A stretch of DNA of 48,855 bases. Origin: a virus. Its lineage: Duplodnaviria > Caudoviricetes. The notes beneath the pieces are model-generated. The model did no database searches. It was not told the origin of the DNA and saw only the letters and a program-made list of their open reading frames with translations. Shown piece after piece: positions 41,397 to 47,792 of this stretch (position 1 is the first letter of the stretch; each line of letters starts with the position of its first letter). A program made the translations under genes and the position numbers. The stretch spans positions 1 through 48,855 of the IMG/VR virus record IMGVR_UViG_3300032218_002330. One strand, written 5' to 3'.

Positions 41397-42102
41397 CTAT
41401 CTACCATATTTAGATAAAGGCTATGTTGGCCTTATAGACACAATGGGTAGTGATATAGAAGTAGCAAACTCAGCAAGAGTATCTTATAATAAACAATCAA
41501 TCTTAGATGATGACGGAGCATTGAGCGCCCGAGACAGGAAGCTTATTTCTTTTCTTTGGGAAAACGAGCATACTTCTCCATTTAGACACTCCGTGTTGTC
41601 ATTTGAGATATACGCTCCTTTAATGGTGGCAAGACAACATTGGAAATATGCTGTAGCGTCAACTTTTGTAGATGATCAAAATGGCTGGAATGAATCATCT
41701 CGTAGATATGTTACTGAAAATGAAGAATTTTATATTCCGTCTCAAAATGAATGGCGTTCCGCACCTGAGAATAGTAAACAAGGATCTGGTGAACCTGTTG
41801 AACATGTATTAGGAGCCTATTACAGCGACAAACTGACGGAATTGGTAGGATATGGTGAGGCACTTTATAAAAAGGCCTTAGAAGAGGGTATAGCGCCCGA
41901 AATGGCCCGTTTATTCTTACCTGCTTACGGTATGTATGTCCGATATCGCTGGACAGTAAGCTTACATGGCGTTATGAACTTTCTACAACAGAGATTACCA
42001 CATGATGCACAATTTGAAATTCAAGAATTGGCCAAAACAGTGAGAATTTTCGCAGAAAGAAGTTTCCCTCATAGTCTTGAATTGCTCAATGACAAAAATT
42101 AG
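41377..42102 (+). CDS. thyX: Flavin-dependent thymidylate synthase
   Basis: ARVSY, H.SPF, ARQ, NE.SRRY, E.AR..LP, F..QR...AQ.EI. Confidence 0.92.
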   Translation: MKQLPNNYLPYLDKGYVGLIDTMGSDIEVANSARVSYNKQSILDDDGALSARDRKLISFLWENEHTSPFRHSVLSFEIYAPLMVARQHWKYAVASTFVDDQNGWNESSRRYVTENEEFYIPSQNEWRSAPENSKQGSGEPVEHVLGAYYSDKLTELVGYGEALYKKALEEGIAPEMARLFLPAYGMYVRYRWTVSLHGVMNFLQQRLPHDAQFEIQELAKTVRIFAERSFPHSLELLNDKN

Positions 42103-42343
42103 CACGATACGTGCCTATATTGAGCCATTTGATGAGGATAATGATGATTGGTCTTTATCAATTCATATTAAAGAAAATAAAAAAGAAGTTTTGGCGGGAA
42201 AAGTTGAAATGAAACCCAGATCTTGGATATATTTAGACTATAACAAAGAAGGGGATCTCATAATGAACAATAGCGCCAGTATGGAAGATAACAAATGGGA
42301 TCATATAACTGAGGAATTACTAAGGGTAGAGGATATATCATGA
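42089..42343 (+). CDS. Hypothetical protein
   Basis: ORF coupled to thyX; ATG at 42089 preferred over the upstream TTG. Confidence 0.6.
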   Translation: MTKISTIRAYIEPFDEDNDDWSLSIHIKENKKEVLAGKVEMKPRSWIYLDYNKEGDLIMNNSASMEDNKWDHITEELLRVEDIS

Positions 42344-42552
42344 ATGATGAACAAATAGACGCTATGTTGGAGCTAATGGGAGCTATGTATATACAATCTA
42401 TGAGAGCTTATGATATGTTATCTATTATTGCAGATAAACTAGGTGCAGATGCTAAGGGACTTAGCAATTTGCATGAACAAGGACAAGTCCTTGCTCCACC
42501 TCCCGCCTTTTTATTTGAAAATTTTGATGAAGATATGAAAGAAGATAAATAA
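42340..42552 (+). CDS. Hypothetical protein
   Basis: 70 aa, ATGA overlap, GAGG RBS. Confidence 0.7.
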   Translation: MNDEQIDAMLELMGAMYIQSMRAYDMLSIIADKLGADAKGLSNLHEQGQVLAPPPAFLFENFDEDMKEDK

Positions 42553-42553
42553 T

Positions 42554-42877
42554 ATGGCTATGCCAAATGCAAAAGAGTCTAGAAACATAGTTGATACTAT
42601 AAAATTACAATCTGGTTGTATTAAGTGTGGATATAATAAGAATCCAAAAGCTCTAGAGTTCAATCACATTGATCCCGCCACCAAATATAGAGATAGAAAT
42701 GGTAGATCTGTAGATATAGCACGTATGGCACTTGCATCTGGCAAAGAATCTAAGGTAAAATCTCGATATAGTATCAAAACTATACTTGCCGAAATCGAAA
42801 AATGTGAAATTTTATGTGCAAATTGCCATAGAGAGCATACTTTTCCAGATTCTAACGTTGATTTAATTTCAGAATAG
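42554..42877 (+). CDS. HNH endonuclease-like protein
   Basis: CIKCG...LEFNHIDP...KC.ILCANCHR.H. Confidence 0.8.
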   Translation: MAMPNAKESRNIVDTIKLQSGCIKCGYNKNPKALEFNHIDPATKYRDRNGRSVDIARMALASGKESKVKSRYSIKTILAEIEKCEILCANCHREHTFPDSNVDLISE

Positions 42878-42892
42878 GTATATAATAAGAAT

Positions 42893-43030
42893 ATGCCAAG
42901 ACATTTTGCTAAATTACAGTCAACAGTTAAACATCATCACTATTCTGAGACTCCCGCCATGCAATATGAGATTAAAATTGAAAGATTTTTTTCACGTATT
43001 GTTAAATTTGTCTTCAAAAAGAAAAAATAA
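42893..43030 (+). CDS. Leaderless basic micro-protein (45 aa, MPRHFAKLQ...FKKKK)
   Basis: TTGATT(42858)-17 bp-TATAAT(42881-42886), ATG 6 nt later. Confidence 0.6.
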   Translation: MPRHFAKLQSTVKHHHYSETPAMQYEIKIERFFSRIVKFVFKKKK

Positions 43031-43031
43031 T

Positions 43032-43166
43032 CTACTTTTTTCCACATTCTTCGCAATATCTAGTTAATATTCCAGATTTAGGATCCATCTTCCAGATTTT
43101 TCCATCCAGACCACATTCTAAGCATATATCTTTATGTCTTTTGATAGTTCCTTTGTGATATCTCAT
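43032..43166 (-). CDS. Leaderless Zn-ribbon micro-protein (44 aa, CLECG...CEECG)
   Basis: Minus-strand TTGACA(43201-43196)-17 bp-TAATAT, ATG 6 nt later; two CxxC motifs. Confidence 0.7.
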   Translation of the reverse strand: MRYHKGTIKRHKDICLECGLDGKIWKMDPKSGILTRYCEECGKK

Positions 43167-43215
43167 AATCACATATTACAGTTCCCGCCAACTTTTGTCA
43201 ATAGATCCATATAAA

Positions 43216-43231
43216 TGTGACTTGAGTCACA
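43216..43231. promoter_or_regulatory. CRP/GlxR-like site
   Basis: AAATGTGA-CTTGAG-TCACATATTT, perfect TGTGA-N6-TCACA core. Confidence 0.7.
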
Positions 43232-43312
43232 TATTTTTCAATTTGATCAAAATGTTAATGGATTTTTAATTTGTATGATACACGTTTTAAAAAACATTTT
43301 CAAAAAAAGATA

Positions 43313-43431
43313 GTGCGCCCGAAATGTCCGATTTGATAGCATATTTGCCTAGAAATGTGATGTAAAACACATAGAAAATGTCCGACATGTCCGATTTTGG
43401 ACTTGATTTTGTCAGTCCCGTGTGTTATAGT
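43313..43431 (+). promoter_or_regulatory. Early promoter module 1
   Basis: GTGCGCCC box, ATGTCCGA x3, CRP-like 43356-43371, TTGATT-17 bp-TATAGT with TGTCAG and extended TG. Confidence 0.8.
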
Positions 43432-43478
43432 TACACTATAAGAAATTGACAAGTAGTCAATAAAGAAAGGTTATCAAA

Positions 43479-43640
43479 ATGATGACACTAAAGTATAAAG
43501 CAGAGCGAGTCAGTCGCTTCGGTACTATGGAAAGCATGACAGTTCTTGCTCTCCCAGTTGCTAACGAGTTACACGCTAACTCACACCTAGATTTCCAAGT
43601 ATCCCTAGGCTTCACTATCCTAGAAATGGAATTAATCTAA
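43479..43640 (+). CDS. Micro-protein (53 aa, MMTLKYKAERV...)
   Basis: GAAAGG RBS; TAATG coupling to the next ORF. Confidence 0.75.
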   Translation: MMTLKYKAERVSRFGTMESMTVLALPVANELHANSHLDFQVSLGFTILEMELI

Positions 43641-43858
43641 TGAATAACTACTATAATGAAATCCGTAGCGATATTGCTAAAGACTTTGGGTTAGAGGCTG
43701 CTGGTTATGCTCCCCGCCCTACTATGCTACCTATCCGTATCGCTCAACGGATAAACAATAACTATCCCCCTACTATGGAGGGGCGTAAAGTTATCCTTCA
43801 CCCTATGGGTATCCGTATCGCTAAGCGATATATGTCCCTAGTGATGGGTGTGAAGTAA
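43640..43858 (+). CDS. Hypothetical protein (72 aa) with an internal duplicated P..IRIA.R motif
   Basis: ORF track; TAATG coupling. Confidence 0.7.
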   Translation: MNNYYNEIRSDIAKDFGLEAAGYAPRPTMLPIRIAQRINNNYPPTMEGRKVILHPMGIRIAKRYMSLVMGVK

Positions 43859-43914
43859 TTCACATCCCAGCTACGGCGTGTCGTGTTGATAATGTCAGCC
43901 CCCTATGCTACAAT
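43849..43914 (+). promoter_or_regulatory. Early promoter 2
   Basis: Perfect CRP core 43849-43864, TACGGCGTGTCG, TTGATA-17 bp-TACAAT with TGTCAG. Confidence 0.8.
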
Positions 43915-43951
43915 TCCTACTATAACAAGAACAACTAACTAAGGACAGATA

Positions 43952-44074
43952 ATGACTACCTCAAGACTACTAACTACCATAGTACAGATAGCCCTACTAT
44001 CTGTTGTCGTACCCCTCTGCTATACTATGTATAAAGAATTTAAGCAAGACCTAAAAGAAATGAGAAATAACTAA
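43952..44074 (+). CDS. Membrane micro-protein (40 aa)
   Basis: AAGGA RBS; hydrophobic LLTTIVQIALLSVVVPLCY; contains an embedded promoter motif. Confidence 0.65.
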   Translation: MTTSRLLTTIVQIALLSVVVPLCYTMYKEFKQDLKEMRNN

Positions 44075-44220
44075 TGAGCATAGATATATATCTATATAGC
44101 ACCCACCTATGGATAGAGAGCCTAGGTATAGACATCAAACTACCTACATGGCTTATCTTGTCAGTAGCATGTGGTACTATCGCCTATAAGAAATACCTAC
44201 TACATAGGGAGAATAACTAA
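44074..44220 (+). CDS. Membrane micro-protein (48 aa)
   Basis: TAATG-coupled on both sides; LPTWLILSVACGTIAY segment. Confidence 0.65.
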   Translation: MSIDIYLYSTHLWIESLGIDIKLPTWLILSVACGTIAYKKYLLHRENN

Positions 44221-44366
44221 TGAGTTATACTTACTCTTGGGAAAAGACCTCTACTCTATCCCCCCTCGATTTTATTACAGAACAAAACGATACTTGGGAA
44301 TTAGAAAACTCAGATGAGTTTCAGTTTCTAGATACACCAGATTTCGACCCAGACGAAATCCTATAA
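44220..44366 (+). CDS. Acidic micro-protein (48 aa)
   Basis: GGGAG RBS, TAATG coupling; ends DTPDFDPDEIL. Confidence 0.7.
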   Translation: MSYTYSWEKTSTLSPLDFITEQNDTWELENSDEFQFLDTPDFDPDEIL

Positions 44367-44368
44367 AT

Positions 44369-44399
44369 TTGACAAAATGTCAGACCCCTATGCTAGACT
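44369..44399 (+). promoter_or_regulatory. Early promoter
   Basis: TTGACA AAA TGTCAG-N7-TGCTAGACT. Confidence 0.7.
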
Positions 44400-44441
44400 A
44401 GCGTAGTAGCAACAAACCAACTAAAAAGAAAAGAGAAAAAA

Positions 44442-44603
44442 ATGACAGTATCAAATGTAACTTATCAAGTAGGAGATTTATTCACTACTCAAAAGAGCAA
44501 CATCACAGGTCGCATTAAAGAAATCACACCTGTAACCGCCTCTATGACTCGTGTGCTATTGGAAACCGAACAGGGTGACCGCTACACAACAGTAACACTA
44601 TAA
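44442..44603 (+). CDS. SH3-like micro-protein (53 aa)
   Basis: YQVGDLF...TGRIKEI...RVLLE pattern; purine-rich RBS. Confidence 0.7.
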   Translation: MTVSNVTYQVGDLFTTQKSNITGRIKEITPVTASMTRVLLETEQGDRYTTVTL

Positions 44604-44604
44604 C

Positions 44605-44648
44605 TTTAGCAAATTGCTAAACGACCTGAGCAAGTCGTTAAAAGGCTC
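44605..44648 (+). ncRNA. Candidate intergenic RNA structure (hairpin plus H-type pseudoknot)
   Basis: TTTAGCA/TGCTAAA hairpin; AACGAC/GTCGTT stem whose loop GAGC can pair with downstream GCTC. Confidence 0.45.
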
Positions 44649-44681
44649 CACTACTAAAAAAGAAAAGGACACATAAAAAAA

Positions 44682-44861
44682 ATGATGACACGAAAAGACT
44701 ATGTAGCAACTGCAGAAATTTTAAATTCTTATGCAACAGAAATTAAAAATGAAGTGCTAGAGGATTTAGTTCACGATTTTATTCAGATGTTTGCAAACGA
44801 TAACGAAAAATTTGACAGCGATAGATTTTGGGATGAAGTTTTTAAAAACATTTCAGAATAA
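44682..44861 (+). CDS. Small phage protein (59 aa, MMTRKDYV...F.NDN.KFD.DRF)
   Basis: GAAAAGGA RBS; motif recalled from a widespread small phage protein family of unknown function. Confidence 0.8.
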   Translation: MMTRKDYVATAEILNSYATEIKNEVLEDLVHDFIQMFANDNEKFDSDRFWDEVFKNISE

Positions 44862-44870
44862 AAAATAATT

Positions 44871-44908
44871 TAGATCTCGCAGAAATAAAAAGCTGCGGGA
44901 TTTATTTT
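44871..44908 (+). terminator. Intrinsic terminator
   Basis: TAGATCTCGCAG / CTGCGGGATTTA stem (G-U pairs) followed by TTTT. Confidence 0.65.
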
Positions 44909-44928
44909 ATAATTTAATTTTCAACTAA

Positions 44929-45046
44929 ATTTTTCGACGCGCCCCTGTGGATAACTTTGTGGATAACTTATGTGTTTAAGATCACAAAAATAATTCTACG
45001 ACACGCCCGAAAAACAGGTCAAAATGTCAGTGGGGTCTGTTATACT
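44929..45046 (+). promoter_or_regulatory. Early promoter module with two DnaA boxes
   Basis: GACGCGCC box, TGTGGATAA at 44946 and 44958, CRP-like 44971-44986, CGACACGCC 44999, TGTCAG-N7-TGTTATACT. Confidence 0.8.
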
Positions 45047-45094
45047 TCCAGTATAAAGAAAGTTAAAAGTTTTAACTAAAGAAAGGAGTTACTA

Positions 45095-45274
45095 ATGAGT
45101 AACTCAATGTTTGAAAGAGCGAAAGGTTTCGCTACTGTTTCCGATTATCCTAGAGGTTTGATGAACCTTTGCCCTTGTGGACAGGTTGTCCTTGCTCCCG
45201 CCCTATACCATGAGGGTTTCTCATGGTGGGAAAATCCCAATAAGTGTAAAGAATTGTGGTCTAACTCACAATAG
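45095..45274 (+). CDS. Micro-protein (59 aa) with CPC...H...C
   Basis: GAAAGGAG RBS; open frame. Confidence 0.7.
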   Translation: MSNSMFERAKGFATVSDYPRGLMNLCPCGQVVLAPALYHEGFSWWENPNKCKELWSNSQ

Positions 45275-45339
45275 CCACGCTCCATATATTGAGACTACTC
45301 CTCAGTATACTAGACAGTAGCGGTTTTATCTGTTATACT
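45255..45339 (+). promoter_or_regulatory. Early promoter
   Basis: CRP-like 45255-45270; TAGACA-17 bp-TATACT; shares TCTGTTATACTTCCAGTAT with the previous promoter. Confidence 0.75.
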
Positions 45340-45452
45340 TCCAGTATTAGAAAAATTAAATAGAAAATCCTGTGAGCCTCGCAAGAGCAAATAATCAGGT
45401 CAAGGAAAAAGTTAGCACAAGGCTAACGAATTAAAAGAAAGGTGGTCATATA

Positions 45453-45635
45453 ATGACTACACTAGAAAAAACAATAGAGTGCTTTAAGCACACACCTAAC
45501 GAGAGTGCTATCTCGTCATATCAAGATACAGAATATACTTTCTGCGAAAATTGTGAACAAAACATAGACCGATTCTGGGTCTATGATGATTCTGACCGCT
45601 TGCCTTATTCTACAAATTGGAGCGTTACTAGATAA
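45453..45635 (+). CDS. Zn-binding micro-protein (CxxH...CxxC)
   Basis: GAAAGGTGGT RBS; CFKH and CENC. Confidence 0.75.
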   Translation: MTTLEKTIECFKHTPNESAISSYQDTEYTFCENCEQNIDRFWVYDDSDRLPYSTNWSVTR

Positions 45636-45781
45636 TGGATAAAAATGAAAAAATTGAATTAGCCATAAAATTGGCTAAAGAAAAATATGATAAAGACTAT
45701 CTCTCAGGTCTTTGGGGTTGTGCTTCTGTATTGCTTACAGAAAAAGATTTCGATTTAATTATTAAAGTAATGGAGAACTAA
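45635..45781 (+). CDS. Micro-protein (48 aa)
   Basis: TAATG coupling; MDKNEKIEL...LWG. Confidence 0.7.
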   Translation: MDKNEKIELAIKLAKEKYDKDYLSGLWGCASVLLTEKDFDLIIKVMEN

Positions 45782-45783
45782 AA

Positions 45784-45963
45784 ATGATGACAGACTATGA
45801 ACTAGAAAATCTCTATGATGAGATTCTTAATGACTCTTATGGTGAAATTAAGTTAGGTTATCTAACTTTCTCTCCCGCCGATATTATTAAAAATTGCGAT
45901 CCAATCGCTTATCGTGTAGGTTTATCAGATTTTGAATCAACTTTAGAAGAGGAAAATGAATAA
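45784..45963 (+). CDS. Acidic small phage protein (59 aa, ...DPIAYRVGLSDF...)
   Basis: GGAG RBS; 15 D/E vs 3 K/R; DPIAY motif recalled from a widespread phage family. Confidence 0.8.
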   Translation: MMTDYELENLYDEILNDSYGEIKLGYLTFSPADIIKNCDPIAYRVGLSDFESTLEEENE

Positions 45964-46064
45964 TGGAAAAAGATATTTTTGGATTTGCTGATGCGATTGA
46001 GATTGAATTAATCAATGAAGATAATTTAAAAATTGTTGAATTGATTTTTAAAGATTTTAAATAA
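45963..46064 (+). CDS. Acidic micro-protein (33 aa)
   Basis: GAGG RBS, TAATG coupling, MEKDIFGFADAI... Confidence 0.65.
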   Translation: MEKDIFGFADAIEIELINEDNLKIVELIFKDFK

Positions 46065-46080
46065 ATAAAAAAAAGAAATG

Positions 46081-46106
46081 TCGCAGCTTGACACACTGCG
46101 ATTTTT
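46081..46106 (+). terminator. Intrinsic terminator
   Basis: TCGCAG-N9-CTGCGA followed by TTTTT. Confidence 0.65.
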
Positions 46107-46232
46107 CGACGCGCCCCTTGTCAAGTCGACACGCCGTATTAAGAAGGTGTTTTTTATCACATGGCTTGAGCGTCTCAAAATATGATATTACTGGCTAGTA
46201 AGTAGTCAGATGTCAGTGCTATACGCTATAAT
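46101..46232 (+). promoter_or_regulatory. Early promoter module
   Basis: GACGCGCC box, CGACACGCCGTA, CRP-like 46146-46161, TTACTGGCTAGTAA, TGTCAG-N7-CGCTATAAT. Confidence 0.78.
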
Positions 46233-46261
46233 TACGGCATAACAAAAAGAAAGGTTAAACT

Positions 46262-46396
46262 ATGAAACTTCACGAGTTTAAGGAAATGGTTCAGGCGCAG
46301 AAAGAAACTCAACGCCTAGCCAATTTAGAAAAAATGTCAGTGCTATCTGCTACAATTACAACAACAAAAAAGAAAGAGGAAACTAATGTCCGCTAA
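46262..46396 (+). CDS. Micro-protein (44 aa) containing an embedded promoter
   Basis: GAAAGG RBS; TGTCAG-N7-TGCTACAAT at 46335-46356 encodes MSVLSATI. Confidence 0.6.
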   Translation: MKLHEFKEMVQAQKETQRLANLEKMSVLSATITTTKKKEETNVR

Positions 46397-46586
46397 TGTC
46401 TATACTATCGAGGATTTACTTATTGGTAAAACCTATCGTTCTCGCACTACTCAAGGCGAGATTATCTCCGCAGAAACTCACCCTGCTTGCTTACACTATG
46501 ACGGGTGTGAGCCTTACCTAGTGGAAATTAGAAAACAAAATGGCGGTTATACTTATCGCTCAGTAGCAGTGAAAGTAGGTAACTAA
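46386..46586 (+). CDS. SH3-like micro-protein (66 aa)
   Basis: GAGGA RBS; IGKTY.S....GEI..AE...Y.VEI. Confidence 0.75.
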   Translation: MSANVYTIEDLLIGKTYRSRTTQGEIISAETHPACLHYDGCEPYLVEIRKQNGGYTYRSVAVKVGN

Positions 46587-46726
46587 TGATTAACTCAGTA
46601 ATGACTATTCCTTGCGAGGATTGTAATGGTAACGGCGTAATTTTTTTCGGTAACGAAAATGATTTTGATGTAGAAACTTGCGATTGCCAAGATGGTAATT
46701 TATTTTTGATCGGAGAAAACGAATAA
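46586..46726 (+). CDS. Zn-finger micro-protein (46 aa, CEDCNGNG...CDC)
   Basis: DnaJ-type CxxCxGxG motif; TAATG on both sides. Confidence 0.75.
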   Translation: MINSVMTIPCEDCNGNGVIFFGNENDFDVETCDCQDGNLFLIGENE

Positions 46727-46932
46727 TGTATCAGATAACTATTGCCTATGATAGCCAGCCTATCCATTGGAATAAAAATTATGTAGACGCTTTAGAAGCG
46801 TTCACCGATTTTCTAGCGTTCTCCGATTGGGGATTTGCTAACGAATACTCAACTGTCAATTTACTAATGCCTACTGGCAAGATGTATACTAAAATATTCT
46901 ATCGTCTAAATAGATTGGTGGTAACTAAGTAA
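46726..46932 (+). CDS. Hypothetical protein (68 aa)
   Basis: GGAG RBS; TAATG coupling. Confidence 0.75.
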   Translation: MYQITIAYDSQPIHWNKNYVDALEAFTDFLAFSDWGFANEYSTVNLLMPTGKMYTKIFYRLNRLVVTK

Positions 46933-47084
46933 TGGCACTATTCGAATTTACCTGCTTTATAAATGTCGAGGCAGATGACTATGACTCAGCAATTGAAGTA
47001 TTTGATAGTAATATTAAATATGGCTTACTAGATAAAAATGATGTATATGTCCATGAGATCGAGGAGAAAATATATAATGGGTAA
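46932..47084 (+). CDS. Acidic micro-protein (50 aa, ...INVEADDYDSAIE...)
   Basis: TAATG coupling; VEA...A motif. Confidence 0.7.
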   Translation: MALFEFTCFINVEADDYDSAIEVFDSNIKYGLLDKNDVYVHEIEEKIYNG

Positions 47085-47364
47085 TAACTTAGCGTATGAT
47101 TTAGCAGAAAGTGATTTATCACTAGAGCAAAGTATCACTATACAATTGCGTAGTAATCACTACCCGCCCGTTCCATATGAAATGGTTCCCGTATGTATTG
47201 AAGCGATCAATGCTTATAATGACGGGGATTATTATAAAGAAATTAAAATGCCAATGGTAAATGATTTTCAAATTACTTTCAGAGGTAGAAATACTGCACC
47301 TGCGAATGAAATTATTTCGCAACACCACTTAGATAATTGGATTACAGATAATGATTGGGAATAA
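47077..47364 (+). CDS. Hypothetical protein (95 aa, NHYPPVP...HHL..W)
   Basis: Start reset to ATG 47077 behind GAGGAG. Confidence 0.8.
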   Translation: MGNNLAYDLAESDLSLEQSITIQLRSNHYPPVPYEMVPVCIEAINAYNDGDYYKEIKMPMVNDFQITFRGRNTAPANEIISQHHLDNWITDNDWE

Positions 47365-47368
47365 AATT

Positions 47369-47482
47369 ATGGACAAAGTAAAACGAATTCAAGAATTGCG
47401 TCGTAGTAATGCTGCGACTGCAATTCCATCGAAAAAAAAATATACACGAAAACAAAAACATAAAAATAGATTTGACAATTAG
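47369..47482 (+). CDS. Very basic micro-protein (37 aa, RRSNAA...KKKYTRKQKHK)
   Basis: Open frame after the 95 aa gene; motif recalled from actinophage micro-proteins. Confidence 0.7.
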   Translation: MDKVKRIQELRRSNAATAIPSKKKYTRKQKHKNRFDN

Positions 47483-47490
47483 CTGAAAAA

Positions 47491-47599
47491 ACGGCGCGTC
47501 CGTTATCCACAGGTTATCCACAACCTTTAAGATGTGATTAAGAACACACTGAGAATATACGGCGTGTCGCTTGAAAATGTCTGATGAGTCTGATAGTAT
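47491..47599 (+). promoter_or_regulatory. Early promoter module with two DnaA boxes
   Basis: GGCGCGTC, TTATCCACA at 47503 and 47514, CRP-like 47533-47548, TACGGCGTGTCG, TTGAAA-17 bp-TAGTAT with TGTCTG. Confidence 0.8.
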
Positions 47600-47627
47600 T
47601 CTCATACTTAAAGAAAGGTAAAAACTA

Positions 47628-47792
47628 ATGGGTAATTTCCAAGAACTACTATGTAATATGTGTCGCTATGAGGGTATTCTCTCTGCTTATTCTGTCAAGC
47701 CCTCCACGCTATGTACCGATCATTATTTTGAGTGGTCTCAAGAAAAAATGTATGATGAACTAGATTCTTCTACTGAAGGGATATATTTATAA
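47628..47792 (+). CDS. Zn-binding micro-protein (54 aa, CNMC...CTDH)
   Basis: GAAAGG RBS; TAATG coupling. Confidence 0.72.
   Translation: MGNFQELLCNMCRYEGILSAYSVKPSTLCTDHYFEWSQEKMYDELDSSTEGIYL

Noticed and set aside
42554-42877. HNH protein as a mobile intron/intein homing element
   Set aside because: Free-standing short gene; neither thyX nor nrdJ is interrupted
43155-43174. TGTGA-N10-TCACA as another CRP site
   Set aside because: Spacing is 10 bp rather than 6; it overlaps the start of the minus-strand micro-gene
45887-47605. Minus-strand ORFs 45887..46096, 46528..46767, 47122..47328 and 47342..47605
   Set aside because: Overlap coupled plus-strand micro-genes and promoter modules; no initiation signals
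47581-47617. CTGATGAG resembling a hammerhead ribozyme core
   Set aside because: No stem II closing onto GAAA; the sequence is the spacer of a promoter-motif copy
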